DNA of 64,000 bases. Origin: Eledone cirrhosa. Lineage: Eukaryota. Under the pieces are notes generated by a model. The model did no database searches, was not told the origin of the DNA, and saw only the letters and a program-made list of their open reading frames with translations. The DNA lies in assembly GCA_964016885.1 (NCBI GenBank), contig OZ024743.1, positions 338,954,001-339,018,000 on the forward strand, given 5' to 3'. Shown piece by piece: positions 60,724 through 64,000 of the stretch (positions are counted from its first letter, which is position 1; each line of letters begins with the position of its first letter). Position numbers and translations under genes: made by a program.

Positions 60724-61568
60724 TCATCATCATCATCATCATCATCAGGTTTAGCGTCCGTGTTCCACGCTTGCATGGGTTTGGACGGGGGTTTTCCCAC
60801 TTGAGGCAAGAGTGGTTGTCTTGCTCGCATAGGACTGTCTGGCGGGTTTTCTACAGTTGGATGCCCTTCCTAACACCAACCACATTTACAGTGTGGGGCT
60901 GGGAGGTTTTTACCGTGTTGCCTACACGGCCACATTACAGCGTGGACTGTCTGGCGGGTTTTCTACAGCTGGATGCCCTTCCTAACACCAACCACATTTA
61001 CAGTGTGGGGCTGGGAGGTTTTTACCGTGTTGCCTACACGGCCACATTTACAGCGTGGACTGTGTGTTTTTTGTCGTGACACCTACACGATCTCATTTGT
61101 TTCGGCCTGGATGTTGTGGGACCAACATAACTTTACATTGAAAGGGGCGGTGTGGAGGTGGTGTGACGGGGGTGTGTTTTGATAGAGATGCCTACTGACT
61201 GTAGTAGGTTTTTACTTTGTATTTAGGTAAGGCGGGTCTTCTCTATTACTGAGTACCGCCAAAGGTCTCGGTCCAGTGACATTGTCTTGGAGAGGTGTAA
61301 GCGTGTGAGGTCGGAATTTATCAGCTCGTCCCATGTTTTTCTGGGTCTGCCTACTCCGTGGCTACCGTCTATCTTTATTGCCCTGCACTTTGTTATACAG
61401 CTGTCGTCTTTCATGCGCATCACGTGACCGTACCAACGTAGCCTTCTCTCGAGTAAACAACATCTGATCCCTCTTATTTCTAATTTTTTCCTTAGTTCGT
61501 TTATGCTTTGCCGTTCACGTATATTACTATTGCACATCCAGCGGAGCATGCAAGCTTCGTTCCTCTCT
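60724..61568 (-). mobile_element. RTE family B 3' fragment with 112-bp UTR duplication
   Basis: [10 protein letters not shown]...EKTRLT*; (GAT)n tail. Confidence 0.94.
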
Positions 61569-62389
61569 GTGTGTATGTGTATATACATATGTATACATTT
61601 ATATGTATAAGTATATAAATATAAACACGCAAACACTCGCACACCTTCACTCACGCACCTTCACTCACGCAAAACACACATACATACACACATGTAGCTA
61701 ATCTTAGAACGCTGATCGCTACAGCGTTTCACCAGCCCCTTCCTTCCTCAATCGTTACATAGATGTGTATGTATGTAATAATTATTTTGTATAATGTGTC
61801 TATTTATGAATATGTATGAGTAGATGTGTATGTGTTTGCACTTCTGTTGCCTGTGTATCTGTTTATGTATTTATGTGTAGATGTGTGTGTATGTAACTAA
61901 AGCGTAATATGAATGAATGGGCGAAACACCAAGAATTATAATAAGATATGATATCACAGAGCAGTGTGTATGTTGTGTTGTTGATATATAAAATATCACA
62001 CAATAGGACTGTGTACATTGTGTGGTTGATGTATATGTTATTACCTAGCAGTGTGTATGTTGTGTGGTTTATATATGATATTACACTAGCAACTCGGAGT
62101 GTATTGAGTACATTCTATCATGGCACCAATGGTATCTCAGTGTGTAATGGCCTTCTGATGCTAATGATGACAGTGATGTTGAGAACATTGAAGAGGATGA
62201 GGATGATGCTAATGATGATGGTGATAGTGATGACTTTTTTTACATAATTACATTTAAATGGTTTTTTCTTTTTTGTTTTTTTTTCCTGTAATTTGTCCCT
62301 GTAATGCCCCCTTCCCCCTTGTGGCAAAATAAAAAAATGACTGTTATCTAATGGTATTGTTGTTTGTGTTTTGTTTGGTGCGGCTGAAG

Positions 62390-62556
62390 AAAGTAAACCC
62401 CTGAGTCACTTCCGAAATTGGGAGAAGTTTGTGAAGGAAGTTACTGAGGAAGAGAAAAATGAAAAACCTGAAGGTGATGCAGCCTTAAACCACTTATTTC
62501 AACAGATCTATGCTGACGGCAACGATGATGTGAAGAGGGCCATGGTGAAGTCTTAT
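62390..62556 (+). CDS. SUGT1: SGT1/SUGT1 homolog, SGS-domain exon
   Basis: [48 protein letters not shown]|gtaagt. The acceptor gctgaag|AA gives phase 1, matching the previous exon; the exact acceptor is less certain. Confidence 0.92.
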
Positions 62557-63125
62557 GTAAGTAGATACACTGTCTTCAATAGACTGTCTTCATATAATAA
62601 TAATAATAATTATTATTGTGTACAATGCTCAAGTGCACTACAACTCATCAAAGATGCATGTATAGTCCATAGAATAATGTACAAATATCAGAAAAGTGAA
62701 CATACATTTACACATATACACACATGATGATGTGAAGTCATGATATACACACATACACACACGTGTGTGTGTGTATGGAGGGGGAATATCAGCTGTAGTG
62801 TTGGCGAATTTCGGGAAGCATGGACATTTTGAAGGATCCAGTGACCCAACAGCTAGCAACTGATGTAGATAACAGCATTTGTATGCATATGATAGAGAGC
62901 ACTCTCTATCATATGCATACATATATACACATACAAACACTGTTTTTATATAACATTGTTCTCTGTCATATGCACTTACACATACACATAACATATGTCT
63001 TGTATGAATAGGCTGCCTTTGTATAACACTGTTCTATATTACACACATACACATTCACATATATATATATATGTTATATTCACATACATATATATATATA
63101 TATGATATATATATATATATGATAT

Positions 63126-63471
63126 GGAGGCACATGGCTTAGTGGTTAGAGCATTAGCCTTGCAATCAAAAGGTTGTGAGTTCAATTCTCAGACCGGGTG
63201 ATGTGTTGTTTCCTTGAGCAAGACACTTTATTTCACATTGCTCCAGTTTACTCAGCTGTAGAAATGAGATGATAGGGACTGGGGTCCATATCATTCCACT
63301 GCAAAGTGGTCGTGGAGGTGCCACGGCAAAAAAACACCCAACACTCACTGTAAATGAGGTTGGTGTTAGGAAGGGCATCCAGCTGTAGAAATCAAGCCAG
63401 AATCAGTTCCCGTCCCACCCTTGCAAGCAGGGAAAAAGCGGACATAAAATGAAATGAAATGATGAAATGAT
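63126..63471 (+). mobile_element. tRNA-derived SINE with CORE-like middle and RTE tail (second copy)
   Basis: Near-identical to 42051-42400. Confidence 0.88.
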
Positions 63472-63534
63472 GTGAAGAATGCCACAGTATGTTAATAGGC
63501 TGTTGCTAACATAGTGGAAATGCTGTATAAACTG

Positions 63535-63725
63535 TCTGTTGTTGCTAATTTGGTCAAAACACGACACCCACATCTCTGTTGTGTTGCTAATTTGGTCAAA
63601 CATGTCAGCCACAACTCTCTTTTGTTGCTAATTTGATCAAAGATGATGGCCACATCTCTTTGTATTGTGTTGCTAATTTTGCCAAACACGACAGCAACAT
63701 CTCTGTGTGTTATGTTGTTAATTTC
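63535..63725. repeat. Degenerate ~40-50-bp tandem repeat
   Basis: Recurring gttgctaatttggtcaaa...cacatctct. Confidence 0.75.
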
Positions 63726-64000
63726 ATTAAAGGATATCCTGAAAAGATCGTGGGGGTCAGAGTCTTTAAGCAAACTATCCAGCAGGTTGTGTCAGAAGCA
63801 ACTGTCTCCAATCAATCCAGCAGATCTTTTGAAAACTAATAAAACAATTGGTTCATTTCCAAACACTTTTGAAAAGTTGCTTGTATGACTCCCTTCCATC
63901 TTTTCACAGAGCAACACATCACTATCACCACCAACATCACCAACACCATCATCACCAACATCACCAACACCATAACCACCAACATCACACATCACCACCA

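Noticed and set aside
61705-61760. Hairpin gaacgctg/cagcgttt with a minus-strand GAAAC...GUA
   Set aside because: No convincing core or stems I and II
62371-62727. 118-aa single-exon ORF
   Set aside because: SGT1 similarity stops at a strong donor (TAT|gtaagt, 62556); the remainder is intron

Overview
Eukaryotic, AT-rich, very repeat-dense DNA. The SINE types, RTE families and (TA)n density suggest an octopus or related mollusc (inference). The only host-gene sequence found is three + strand exons of an SGT1/SUGT1 co-chaperone (48601-48708, 50533-50632, 62390-62556), so nearly the whole window is probably intronic. The rest consists of about 14 RTE-clade LINE copies from four families, at least five Penelope-like element (PLE) remnants (four Naiad-like), one hAT/Buster transposon with TIRs and an 8-bp TSD, one piggyBac remnant, tRNA-derived SINEs, minisatellites and large (TA)n arrays. 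The YI/IY-rich ORFs in the track are microsatellite artefacts. The most notable signal is a set of PLE-linked type I hammerhead ribozymes from at least four unrelated families: a canonical pair, a compensatory U3-A8 core variant, a CCGAUGA variant with a ~95-nt stem II domain, and fold-back copies, one of which starts at the predicted cleavage site. Also notable are a 4.9-kb near-perfect RTE palindrome, a PHD finger inside the RTE reverse transcriptase, and a SINE with a mosaic tail from two RTE families. All structures were read by eye; no folding, alignment or database search was run.
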